Positions 1 through 9,808 of a stretch of DNA of 64,000 nt are shown one piece after another (within the stretch, counting starts at the first letter, position 1; each line of letters starts with the position of its first letter). Source of the stretch: Armatimonadota bacterium. Lineage in GTDB: Bacteria > Armatimonadota > Fimbriimonadia > Fimbriimonadales > GBS-DC. The notes below the pieces were generated by a model that was not told the origin of the DNA, did not search any database, and saw nothing but the letters and a program-made list of their open reading frames with translations. Location: assembly GCA_037444405.1 (NCBI GenBank), contig JBBIML010000007.1, forward strand, positions 64,001 to 128,000, read 5' to 3'. A program made the position numbers and the translations under genes.

Positions 1-553
<553 letters not shown>

Positions 554-667
554 AAAACGGTCGCGTTTTCTGATCCTGGACGGCTCGCAAAGCGCCTTAC
601 CTGCCCGGTTTTCAAGGTGCACATCCACAACTGCCGACCCTCTCCGCTGGAGCAATCGGCAGGGGAC

Positions 668-697
668 ATTATACCATGCCCCGAACGCTTTTGTCAA
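668..697 (-). promoter_or_regulatory. rrn proximal sigma70 promoter
   Basis: Minus strand TTGACA-N18-TATAAT with TGG extended -10, about 115 nt upstream of 16S. Confidence 0.85.
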
Positions 698-784
698 GGG
701 GTTCGGGGCTTTTTACGCCCGTTTGCCCCATCTTTCGACGGGATTCCCGCCCGCTGGATTGTCCCTTCCCAGCAGGCGGGCTTT

Positions 785-815
785 AATATACCATGCAACC
801 TCCCCCCTTTGTCAA
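785..815 (-). promoter_or_regulatory. rrn distal sigma70 promoter
   Basis: Minus strand TTGACA-N19-TATATT with the same GCATGG before the -10; tandem P1/P2 arrangement typical of rrn operons. Confidence 0.7.
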
Positions 816-829
816 GGGGTCAGGGGGGA

Positions 830-1633
830 TTATGAGCCATTTGCGCGTCGGACCGCCTGCTCAATCAACGGCTTGACGGTGGCGGCGGGCAGAACGAAGA
901 GCGTGGTGCCGCCCTGACCGCCGAAGCTCATGGAGAAGCCGAAATCGCTCTCGTCGTCCTGTTTCAAGCCATGCCCCATCAGCACGGCAACACCCACCGC
1001 CTCGCCCGTAAGCGTGTAGACAGGCAGACCCACCTCGCTGATGTTGCCCTCCATCAGGAACGCCTTGCGCGGCTTGCTCACCTCACCAATCACGCGCCCG
1101 CTGGAAAAGTAGGGCGCGTAGTCAAAACCCTTCGGCAGGCGCGACACGGTGAACAGCTCCTGCCCGATTGTCGGTGGCGTGTCGCGAAACTGCACCGGCG
1201 TCAGCGTGCGACCCTCCAGGTCCTTGATTTTCAAAAATGCCAACCCCAGCTGCGAATCGGTCGCCACCAGCGTCGCCTCGTACTCCCTGCTCTCCTGACC
1301 GAAGATAACCTTGAAGCTCTGGGGCGTCAGTTTGAAGTCGAAGCGCTCCTCCTGATCCGATTCGTCGACGCCCATCATCTGTTTGAGACTCTCGGCAGAC
1401 AGCGGCATCGCAGAGAGCAGGATCAAGCCGTCAGGCGAAACGACCGCGCCCTGCATGCTGAACTTCTGCTCGGTCGACTGGCTCTCTTCACCCGACTTGA
1501 ACTCGTACTTCATCACCACGCGCACGGTGACGATGCTCGGCGCGATTTTATCGAGCAGCTGTTTCGGGCTGCTGGACGGCTCCTGCGCGAACAGCACGCT
1601 CAAACTCATAAGCCAGAGTGCAATCGGTCTCAT
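830..1633 (-). CDS. Secreted trypsin-like (S1/HtrA protease-domain) protein lacking the catalytic triad
   Basis: Signal peptide; PSIVTV, GAVVSPDGLIL, LVATD..LGLAFLKI and GLPVYTLTGEAVGV follow the HtrA protease fold, but His/Asp/Ser positions are substituted. Confidence 0.7.
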   Translation of the reverse strand: MRPIALWLMSLSVLFAQEPSSSPKQLLDKIAPSIVTVRVVMKYEFKSGEESQSTEQKFSMQGAVVSPDGLILLSAMPLSAESLKQMMGVDESDQEERFDFKLTPQSFKVIFGQESREYEATLVATDSQLGLAFLKIKDLEGRTLTPVQFRDTPPTIGQELFTVSRLPKGFDYAPYFSSGRVIGEVSKPRKAFLMEGNISEVGLPVYTLTGEAVGVAVLMGHGLKQDDESDFGFSMSFGGQGGTTLFVLPAATVKPLIEQAVRRANGS

Positions 1634-1646
1634 CTGTGTTTTCCTC

Positions 1647-3716
1647 CTATGGGTTCAGTTGTTTCCAGTCCGGTTCAAGGAAAACGAAGTGGGTGTCGTT
1701 ATCCCGCCGGACAAAGAGGATCAGAACGGGCGGGCGCCGTTTGAGAATCTGCTCCATCACCTGCTGGAACGCTTTCGTGTCGTGGATGGGCTGTTCGTTG
1801 ATGGCGAGGATGAGGTCGTTCAGGCGCAACCCGCCCAGCTGCGCCCAGCCGCCGTTGGACACCTCCGTCACGATGACGCCCGTCTGATCCGGGCGCCAGC
1901 GGTTGCGCATCCGATCCATCGGCGTCACATCGCGCACGGCGAACTCCAGCTCCTTCTGGCGCACGATTCGGCTGGTCTGGGCGGAGTCGGGCGTCGGCTC
2001 CAGTTTGACCGCGATTTCGAGCGTCTGCTCACCACGCAGGATGGTCAGCATCGCCGTCTCGCCAATCGTGAGCTGCTCGATGCGCCGCTCCAGATCGCGG
2101 GCGTCCTGCACGCGCGATGCCTGCAGCGGCTCGCCGTTGAGCGCGAGAATAATGTCGCCCACGCGCAATCCCGCCTTGCTCGCCTCCGACCAGGGCAGCA
2201 CTTCGGTGATCCGGAAGCCCTTGAGGTCAGGCTTGCCCAGCGATTCGGCGACCTGCCGGGTGATGACCTGCGTGCGGATTCCCATCCACGGTTTGGGCAG
2301 CTCAGTGCTGGGGCTGGGCTCGCTCGGCGGCTTGTTGCGCACCGCGCTGACGATGATTTCCTCTTTGCGCTGGAAGGTGATGGGGATCAGCTCTTTGCCT
2401 TTGAAGGCGGCGAGCGCGGCTTGCAGGTCGTTCAGGGTGCGGATGGGTCGGTCGCCCACCTGCAGAATGACATCGCCCACGCTGAAGCTCGGCTCCGCGT
2501 TGTCCAGCGGGTAGCCCGGTCGGATGCCGGTGATATACGCGCCCTGTTTGGGCAGCTTGCGCGCGTAGGCGAAGGGGCGGGTAATCTCCCGCGCGGTGAA
2601 GCCCAGCTCGCGGAACTCGCGCTCCTGACCGTAGTACGGCTCCATCGGGGCGACAGTGAGCGTCAGGCGCAGGTGCTTGCCTTTGCGCTCCAGCTCGGCG
2701 ACCACCTGCTTGCCCACAGGCAAATCGGCTATCTGCTGATAGACCAGCGGCACCTCTTCCAGGAAGCGCACGCGCACCGGCTTGCCATCCAGCTTCAGCA
2801 GGATATCGCCCGGCTGGAGACCGGCGCGCTCCGCGGGCGATTCGGGTGTGACGGAGGCAATCAGCGCACCCGTCTGACGCCGCAGTTTCTCCACTGGCAG
2901 CACTGAGATGCCCAGCCAGCCGCGCCGAATCGTGCCCGTTTGCAGAACCTGTCGCAGCACCTTGCGAGCAATATTGGACGGGATGGCGAAGCCAACGCCC
3001 CTGCTACCCAGCTGATTGATGCCGATAACCTCCCCACGAAGGTTCACCAGCGGTCCGCCAGAGTTGCCCGGCAGGATCAGCGCGTCGTGTTGAATCCAGC
3101 GGGTGAGCATGCCGGAGCGGTCACCCCGCTCAAACTCGGCTGCCTCGATCTGGGAGCCGACCACATCGGTGAACACGCGGCGCGGGTTGGAGACAATCCC
3201 CAGCGTCACCGACGAAGAGAGCAGCAGCGGATTACCCATCGCCAGCACATAGTCGCCTGTCTGCACCTTATCGGAGTCGCCCAGCGGCGCAAAGGGCAGA
3301 ATTCGTTTTGCCCGCCTGCCGCCCGCATCCTCTTCCGGGAACTGAATCTGCAGGATGCTGAGGTCGGTGAGAGGATCATGCACCACCACGCGCGCTTCGA
3401 ACCGCTCGCCCGTGCTGAGGGTGCAGAAGATTCGCATGGCATCTTCCGCCACATGGTAGTTGGTCAGCACGACGCCGCCAGGCGTTACAATCACGCCACT
3501 GCCGCCACTCAGTCCGTACTGGGCGCGCCCGCCCTCGTAATAGCGCGTGACGGTTAAAATATTGACCAGTGCGGGGAACACACGGTCACGTGCCCGCTCC
3601 AGATCGCGGCGGAGCGTATCGCTGATGGGGCGTCGGCTCTGAATCGGCTGCGCCATCGTCAGCCCCAGCACCGTTAGCAGCAAGCCTCCTATCAGGGCAG
3701 CTCTCATCGGCTTCAT
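1647..3716 (-). CDS. HtrA/DegP-family serine protease with four PDZ domains
   Basis: TNYHV, DLSIL, GNSGGPL triad; repeated PDZ motifs (GWLGI, LGFTA, WMGIR, LEFAV each followed by G(D/N)(I/L)IL); start 3716 or 3707. Confidence 0.92.
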   Translation of the reverse strand: MKPMRAALIGGLLLTVLGLTMAQPIQSRRPISDTLRRDLERARDRVFPALVNILTVTRYYEGGRAQYGLSGGSGVIVTPGGVVLTNYHVAEDAMRIFCTLSTGERFEARVVVHDPLTDLSILQIQFPEEDAGGRRAKRILPFAPLGDSDKVQTGDYVLAMGNPLLLSSSVTLGIVSNPRRVFTDVVGSQIEAAEFERGDRSGMLTRWIQHDALILPGNSGGPLVNLRGEVIGINQLGSRGVGFAIPSNIARKVLRQVLQTGTIRRGWLGISVLPVEKLRRQTGALIASVTPESPAERAGLQPGDILLKLDGKPVRVRFLEEVPLVYQQIADLPVGKQVVAELERKGKHLRLTLTVAPMEPYYGQEREFRELGFTAREITRPFAYARKLPKQGAYITGIRPGYPLDNAEPSFSVGDVILQVGDRPIRTLNDLQAALAAFKGKELIPITFQRKEEIIVSAVRNKPPSEPSPSTELPKPWMGIRTQVITRQVAESLGKPDLKGFRITEVLPWSEASKAGLRVGDIILALNGEPLQASRVQDARDLERRIEQLTIGETAMLTILRGEQTLEIAVKLEPTPDSAQTSRIVRQKELEFAVRDVTPMDRMRNRWRPDQTGVIVTEVSNGGWAQLGGLRLNDLILAINEQPIHDTKAFQQVMEQILKRRPPVLILFVRRDNDTHFVFLEPDWKQLNP

Positions 3717-3766
3717 CCAGTTATAAAGTTTACCCGATGGCGCGGGTGAAGGGTACACTTTTCTGG

Positions 3767-4411
3767 ATGGGAGCGGGCGATTGGAAGCGTGAGCGTTTGC
3801 GTGGCGTGTATGTGATCACCGACCCGCAGTTAGGTGGGGGGCACCTCGCTGGGGCGCGGGCGGCGCTGCAGGGTGGCGCACGCATCATTCAGCTGCGTGA
3901 TAAGCACGCCACCACGCGCCAGCTCATAGAGTACGCTCTGGCACTGCGCACGCTCACCCGCGACTATGACGCCCTGCTGATTATCAACGACCGCCTCGAT
4001 GTGGCGTTAGCGGTGGAAGCCGACGGCGTGCATCTGGGTCAGGACGATATGCCCGTTGCGCTGGCGCGGCGGCTGACAGGCGAAGGGCTGATTATCGGCG
4101 TGTCGGCGGAAACCGTCGAGGAGGCGGTGCGTGCCGAAGCGGACGGCGCCGACTATTTAGGGGTCGGACCGATGTTCACCACCGCCACCAAGCCCGACGC
4201 CGGCACGCCCGTCGGACCTGAACGCCTGCGAGCAATCAAGCAGCGCGTGCGCATTCCTGTGTTCGGCATCGGCGGTATCACGCTGGCGAACGCCCCGCAA
4301 GTGCTGCAGGCGGGCGCGGACGGCATCTGTGTGATTTCAGCCGTTTTAACGGCACCCGATCCTGCCGAAGCCACACGCCAGTTAGTGGCTCTCTTCGAGT
4401 CGCGCCGTTAG
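3767..4411 (+). CDS. thiE: Thiamine-phosphate synthase
   Basis: QLRDK, INDRLD, GVHLGQDD, TATKPD, GIGGIT motifs. Confidence 0.95.
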   Translation: MGAGDWKRERLRGVYVITDPQLGGGHLAGARAALQGGARIIQLRDKHATTRQLIEYALALRTLTRDYDALLIINDRLDVALAVEADGVHLGQDDMPVALARRLTGEGLIIGVSAETVEEAVRAEADGADYLGVGPMFTTATKPDAGTPVGPERLRAIKQRVRIPVFGIGGITLANAPQVLQAGADGICVISAVLTAPDPAEATRQLVALFESRR

Positions 4412-6900
4412 CGGCTCTCCACGCGGTGAACCGTCGCCCACACATGGCGATAAGCGTCCAGATTGCGCGGCTGCTTGCGTGCCTGCACGATGTCCAGATA
4501 GAGCGTGGCAATCTCGTAGGGGCGCATCTTCAGTTCCAGCTGGCTGCAGGGGCGAATATCCCCCGTCGGGGGCGATTCGGACACCGTGAGCGACTCGATG
4601 GGTTCACCTAACAGGTTGGTGCGGATGGCGCGGGCAACCTCGCCAGCCACGCGCAGGCGCACGCGCGTCGCCTCGCCACTGAACTCCACCAGCCGCAGCA
4701 CGATGGGAAACTCCATCCCGCGCCCGGCGTAATCGCTCAGGTTCATCCCTGCAAACCGCTCCGATTCGCGATAGAGCGCCGTCAGCAGCACATTGGGCGC
4801 GTCGCACCAGACGCAGCCGAAGGATGGTGGCAAATCGCCCGATGGCGTCTCGCTTCGCGCTACCAGCACGGGGCGATTGAATTCCTGCGCCAGCCGCCAC
4901 CGCTCAGCATGGGTCAGCGCGCGATGGGGCAATAGACGCACGCGAACCTCCAGCGTGTCCACGAAGTAATCTTCATCCCAGGGGTCATACAGGGTCAGGA
5001 TGTGGCGCACGCGCTCGTCATCACGCAGGAACGCCTGGCTCCCGTCGTGCAGGTAGAGCAGTCCACGCTCGCCCGCGTCGAAATCGAGCAGTTGCAGCGC
5101 GGTGAAGGGGTTGCGCACCTCTTCAAACACCTGCGGGGAGGTCATCCAGTCGCCTGTGGGATACTTGCGCAGGTAGGTTCCTTCCGCCCGAATCGGGCTG
5201 ACGCCGTAGGGATGGTCATGAATGAGTCGGTATTCGGGCAGATTGGGCGCGAGCGTGGTCATCAGCGCGTTCCTGATACCGCCGTCGGGGCGCGGCAGGT
5301 GTTGCGCCCGATAGCATAAATCGAGCGCGTCGCATTCGGGTGCGAGGCTCACCTCCATCTGGATGCGGGCGCCTGCCCTGCCGTTGCGCTCGATGAGAAC
5401 CGTTTCGCCCTGCACGCGCACGGACGCTTCCTCAAAGCGCTCCATCTCGCCCTGGCGTATCATCTGCAGCGTGCCGAGCGGTTCATCGGGGCGCAGGATG
5501 CCTTCGGGGAACTCCGCGCTGAATAGCTGGGTGATGACGCCGCGAGCACGGTCGATGACCACCTGCAACGCGCCGCGCTGTAAGCGCACGGTAGTGCCCT
5601 CGGTTTCTATCTGCACGGGGCGGGGCGATTCAAAATCATCAGAGGGTTGCACCACACAATAGCCGAAGGGTGGCAGGGAGTGCAGCAGCCGGCGTTGCCC
5701 GGTAGCGGGATCGGTGATGCAGGCGTCGCGTTGCCAGCCGAGCGGGTTGTAGACCACGAGTCGCCCCACTTCGCCCGTTGCTCGTGTTGCAAGCAGGCGC
5801 ATCGTGCGCTCAAGCACATGTCCGCTCAGCGCGAGGCTGCGCTCGTAGGAGCGTCGCCCGATGTGCCCGCACAGCCCTTCGCACTCATCGTTATCGTGGT
5901 GCTGGGCGGCAAGCAGTTCCCGCCACGCCTCCTCCAGTTCCCACACGGGATAGACATCCCAGTGCGCGTAGGGTCGCCCGAAAAGCCCCATCATTGCGCA
6001 CAGTGTTTCGGCAGCGAGCAGCGACTGCTCCGCGCGACGGCTCAACCGCCGAAACAGGTCGCCGTTCTTGCCCAGGCTCAGTCCGTGAAACACATCATCC
6101 AGCGTGTAGCGGCGTGGCTGTGCCAGCTCGCGAGCCTGCTCCAGATATTCGGAGAGCGTCACGAAGCGCAGCTCAAACTCGGGTCGGCTCATCAGCGCGC
6201 GCAGGGGCGGTAGCATCAGCTCTGCGCGGCACATCCAGTCAGGCGAGGGCATCAGCTCCAGCCATTGCACGATGCACGGCATCGGCATCTGATGCAGCTC
6301 GGGGCTATCTAACAGCGCGGCGAAATCCTCGGGCCACTGGTGCAGATTGAGCTTATGGCGCGGCGCGGTCAGCAGGCGCGAGCCGTCCTGACCCTCCCAG
6401 TAGATGGCGGGCACCTTCTCGACGGGCAGCGCGGGCGTGTGCCATGTCCACTGGAAGAAGAGGCAGGCATACTCGTAGCCCACACCCCGCAGAATCTGGG
6501 GCAGCTGCGGAAAGAAGTCGAACTCCTCTTCCCAGAAGGTGCGCGGGCGGATGCCGAGCAAGCGCATCACCGTCCGCACGCCGTACACACGCTGGCGAAT
6601 GTTCGACTCGCCCCCGTGAAACAGCCCATAGGGTTGACCGTATGATGCGCCCACCACCTCAATCTGCCCACGCTGAATGGCATCGCGCAGCTCGGCGAGC
6701 GCGTTGGGCGCCTCCGCTGCCATCCGCTCGTAGCCGACCGCATCGAAGTTGATGTTGCCCTTCGCGCCCGTTTCCGCGCAAAAACGCAACATATCGCGTA
6801 CCGAGTCGGGCAGCACACCATAGCCCCACAGCCACTCCATATCGACCCAGTGCATATGGTTGCCGAAAGTGTAGAAGAGGGTCGTGCGGGTGTTAGCCAT
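4408..6900 (-). CDS. Glycoside hydrolase family 38 (alpha-mannosidase)-like protein
   Basis: HMHWVDMEWLW, GESNIRQ, QLPQIL, WEGQDGSRLL, QHHD, VYNPLGW, LRLVE, NLLGEP, PYEIATL. Confidence 0.8.
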   Translation of the reverse strand: MANTRTTLFYTFGNHMHWVDMEWLWGYGVLPDSVRDMLRFCAETGAKGNINFDAVGYERMAAEAPNALAELRDAIQRGQIEVVGASYGQPYGLFHGGESNIRQRVYGVRTVMRLLGIRPRTFWEEEFDFFPQLPQILRGVGYEYACLFFQWTWHTPALPVEKVPAIYWEGQDGSRLLTAPRHKLNLHQWPEDFAALLDSPELHQMPMPCIVQWLELMPSPDWMCRAELMLPPLRALMSRPEFELRFVTLSEYLEQARELAQPRRYTLDDVFHGLSLGKNGDLFRRLSRRAEQSLLAAETLCAMMGLFGRPYAHWDVYPVWELEEAWRELLAAQHHDNDECEGLCGHIGRRSYERSLALSGHVLERTMRLLATRATGEVGRLVVYNPLGWQRDACITDPATGQRRLLHSLPPFGYCVVQPSDDFESPRPVQIETEGTTVRLQRGALQVVIDRARGVITQLFSAEFPEGILRPDEPLGTLQMIRQGEMERFEEASVRVQGETVLIERNGRAGARIQMEVSLAPECDALDLCYRAQHLPRPDGGIRNALMTTLAPNLPEYRLIHDHPYGVSPIRAEGTYLRKYPTGDWMTSPQVFEEVRNPFTALQLLDFDAGERGLLYLHDGSQAFLRDDERVRHILTLYDPWDEDYFVDTLEVRVRLLPHRALTHAERWRLAQEFNRPVLVARSETPSGDLPPSFGCVWCDAPNVLLTALYRESERFAGMNLSDYAGRGMEFPIVLRLVEFSGEATRVRLRVAGEVARAIRTNLLGEPIESLTVSESPPTGDIRPCSQLELKMRPYEIATLYLDIVQARKQPRNLDAYRHVWATVHRVESR

Positions 6901-8395
6901 TGTTGTTCCCCCGTCCGTTCTCGGCAGTGGTCGGCTCTTCGGGCGGCAGCGGGATCGCCTGCACCAGTCGGATGCGGTGCCCTTCCACCGCATGCACGCG
7001 CAGTTGCCAGCCGTTGGCAATCACCACATCGCCCTCGCTTGGCTGATGCCCCAGCATGCCGAACACGAAGCCGCCGAGGGTGTCGAACTCTTCTGACTCC
7101 AGGCGCGTATTGAGCAGTTCGCTGGCGTCGTCGAGGTGCATGCGGGCATCGATGAGCAGCGAGCCGTCGGGCAGTGTTTGCACGGGTTCCTCTGGCTCCA
7201 CATCGTACTCGTCCTGAATCTCGCCGACAATCTCCTCCACGAGGTCTTCAAGCGTTACCAGCCCTGCGGTGCCGCCGTACTCGTCCTGCACGATTGCCAT
7301 ATGGACGCGCTGGCGGCGCAGCTCCTGCAACAGCTCCACCACACGCTTGCTTTCGGGCACGAAGTAGGGCGGGCGCATGATTTCGCGGATGGAGAACTTC
7401 GGCGGTGCGCCCTCGCACAGGCGCAGCAGGTCCTTCGCGTGCAGGATGCCCAGAATGTTGTCCACACTGCCCTCATACACGGGGATGCGCGAGTGCCCTG
7501 TCTTGCGAATGAGCGCAATCGCCTCCTGCGGGGTGGCGTCGGCAGGGATGCACTTCATATCGACGCGCGGGGTCATCACCTCGCGGGCGATCGTGTCGGT
7601 GAACTCGAAGATGGACTGGATCATCTCCTTCTCCTGCTCCTCGATCACGCCCTGCTCCTCGCCCGCTTCGACCAGCACGCGCAACTCTTCCTCGCTCACG
7701 ACGGGCGCCAATCGCTGCGGCTGGATGCCGAACGGTCGCAAAATAAGGCGCGTGAGTGTGTTCACCAGCCACACAGGCGGCGCCAGCACCCGATCAATGA
7801 ACACCATCGGCGCCGCGATGGCGAGGGCGACCCGCTCCGGATAGGTCACCGCGATGCTTTTGGGCACAATCTCGCCCAGAATGATGTTCGCGAAGCCGGT
7901 GAGCAGTGTGACGATGATCACGCTCAATCCGTAGAGCAGGCGCGACTCGATGGAGGCTTCTAACGGTTTAAGTGCGTGATAGAGCGGCTCGGCGAGATTG
8001 GTCGCCGCCACGGCGGACGCCAGGAAGCCCAGCAGCGTCATCCCCACCTGCACGGTGGAGAGGAAGCGCGTTGGCTCGCTCTTGAGCGCGTTCAGATGCG
8101 CCGCCATGCGATGCTTCTGCTCCATCAGCAGGCGCACATAGCTGTGGCGAATGGAGATGAGCGCGGTCTCCGCCAGCGCAAAGAAGGCGTTGCCCAGCAG
8201 CAGCACCAGAATCAGCAGCAGGCTGGTGGTCGGGGTCAGCCCGCCCGCCGGAGGGGTTGCCCCACTCTCAACGGGCGATTGCCCATAAAAGAGCCAGATG
8301 AGCAGTCCTGCAAGCAGCGCGGTCAGCAGAAGGCGTTTCTGCCCCCTTCCCCGTGGGGAAGGTTCACGAACGGTTCGGACAGAACTGTCTTCCAT
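6893..8395 (-). CDS. HlyC/CorC (CNNM-CBS-CorC) family transporter
   Basis: NAFFALAETA, GEIVPK, VMTPR, HSRIPVY, DEYGGTAGLVTLED, TLGGF. Confidence 0.92.
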   Translation of the reverse strand: MEDSSVRTVREPSPRGRGQKRLLLTALLAGLLIWLFYGQSPVESGATPPAGGLTPTTSLLLILVLLLGNAFFALAETALISIRHSYVRLLMEQKHRMAAHLNALKSEPTRFLSTVQVGMTLLGFLASAVAATNLAEPLYHALKPLEASIESRLLYGLSVIIVTLLTGFANIILGEIVPKSIAVTYPERVALAIAAPMVFIDRVLAPPVWLVNTLTRLILRPFGIQPQRLAPVVSEEELRVLVEAGEEQGVIEEQEKEMIQSIFEFTDTIAREVMTPRVDMKCIPADATPQEAIALIRKTGHSRIPVYEGSVDNILGILHAKDLLRLCEGAPPKFSIREIMRPPYFVPESKRVVELLQELRRQRVHMAIVQDEYGGTAGLVTLEDLVEEIVGEIQDEYDVEPEEPVQTLPDGSLLIDARMHLDDASELLNTRLESEEFDTLGGFVFGMLGHQPSEGDVVIANGWQLRVHAVEGHRIRLVQAIPLPPEEPTTAENGRGNNNG

Positions 8396-8412
8396 AGAGC
8401 GTCTCAACCTCC

Positions 8413-9228
8413 TCAGCGAGGCACGAGCCAGTAGATGAGGGCAGCCAGCCCGATGCCCAGCAGGCTGCCCATGACGACTTCCCGCAGGGTATGCACCTTC
8501 GCCTCCACACGGCTCTGGGCGACCAGCGTCGCCAGCAAGAGCGCCAGGATCGACGCCAGCAGGTTGCCCGACACGATAATAATTGCAATGGCGAAGAAGA
8601 AGCCGAGCGCGCTGTGCCCGCTCAGCACTCCGCCGTGAAACAGGCGCACCCGCCCCTGCGTGGATAGCACCTTCGCCAGCGACACAATCACAAAGATGAG
8701 GATTGTGCCGATGGTGACGGCGACGGTCATCGTCGGCTCTGCCCGCTCCATGCGCAGCCGGATCTGCTCCAGGCGCAGGTCGCCCATAAACAGCACCCAT
8801 GCGACCACAATCGCGTTCAGCGTGGCGACCAGCACCGCGCCCGCCGCGATGTCTTTGGCGAACTTCGCGCGCGGGTCATACTCCTGCGTTGCCAGATCAA
8901 CGGTGGCTTCAATCGCGGAGTTGAACATCTCGGCAATCAGCACGATGGAGATGGTGAACAGCAGCACGAGCATCTCGCGCTTATCGAGGCGGAACAGGAA
9001 GCCCATCAGCAGCACCAGCACCACGCTGAAGAAGTGGAACCGCATATGGCGCTGGGTGCGCACGACGGCGATGATGCCCTCCAGCGCGTAGCGGAAGCTA
9101 TCCAGCGCATTCCGCCGCCACGGATGCTCGGTGGGAGCCGAATCGCTCAACTCTGAGCCGTCACTCGATGGCTCCGTCAGGTCGGATGGTTCCGGGCGTT
9201 CCACCGTTTCGCGTGGGTCATCTCTCAT
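8413..9228 (-). CDS. dgkA: Diacylglycerol/undecaprenol kinase fused to a PAP2-like phosphatase domain
   Basis: EMFNSAIE..VD, AKDIAAGAVL; C-terminal SGHS and SRV....H. Confidence 0.88.
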   Translation of the reverse strand: MRDDPRETVERPEPSDLTEPSSDGSELSDSAPTEHPWRRNALDSFRYALEGIIAVVRTQRHMRFHFFSVVLVLLMGFLFRLDKREMLVLLFTISIVLIAEMFNSAIEATVDLATQEYDPRAKFAKDIAAGAVLVATLNAIVVAWVLFMGDLRLEQIRLRMERAEPTMTVAVTIGTILIFVIVSLAKVLSTQGRVRLFHGGVLSGHSALGFFFAIAIIIVSGNLLASILALLLATLVAQSRVEAKVHTLREVVMGSLLGIGLAALIYWLVPR

Positions 9229-9808
9229 AATGGCGTGAGTACCACTCCTCCCTTGCTGCGTAGCCCAGCTCGCGCAGGGTCTCGACGGCGAGGCAGTTCA
9301 TTTGCGCACGCTGGGCGTCGGTCTCATCCTCATAGCCGAGCAGGTGAAGGGTTCCGTGCAGGCACAGCACCAGGATCTCGGTGATGAGGTCGTGCCCGTT
9401 CGGTTCCGCCTGTTGCGCCGCCTGCTGGATGGAAACCACCACCTCGCCCAGCAGAGGCGTTTCGGCGAACGGGTCCAGCAGAATGGGGTCGCCGTCCGTT
9501 ATTAGCGGAAAGCTCAGCACATCGGTCGGCTGGGGCACGCCCCGATAGCGGGCGTTCAGCGCGGCAATCTGCTCGCTGGTGGTGAGCCAGACGCTGATCC
9601 CCCAGCGCGAGGGAGCGGGGCTGGCGGTAAGGGGTGGCAAACCTGTACGCGCCACCAGACGCTGAACCGCCTGCGGGATCGCCGCCGTCAGCAGGTGCTG
9701 AATCAGCGACTCTCGCTCGGCAGGCGATGGGAGCAGCTGGGCGAGATAACGGTCGGCATCCGGGTCGAGCCCCGCCGACACGCTTACCTCAGGGCAGATG
9801 GGCAACAT
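9218..9808 (-). CDS. ybeY: rRNA maturation endoribonuclease YbeY
   Basis: LN..YRG...PTDVLSF and HGTLHLLGYE motifs; synteny with HDIG gene and dgkA. Confidence 0.9.
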   Translation of the reverse strand: MLPICPEVSVSAGLDPDADRYLAQLLPSPAERESLIQHLLTAAIPQAVQRLVARTGLPPLTASPAPSRWGISVWLTTSEQIAALNARYRGVPQPTDVLSFPLITDGDPILLDPFAETPLLGEVVVSIQQAAQQAEPNGHDLITEILVLCLHGTLHLLGYEDETDAQRAQMNCLAVETLRELGYAAREEWYSRHYER

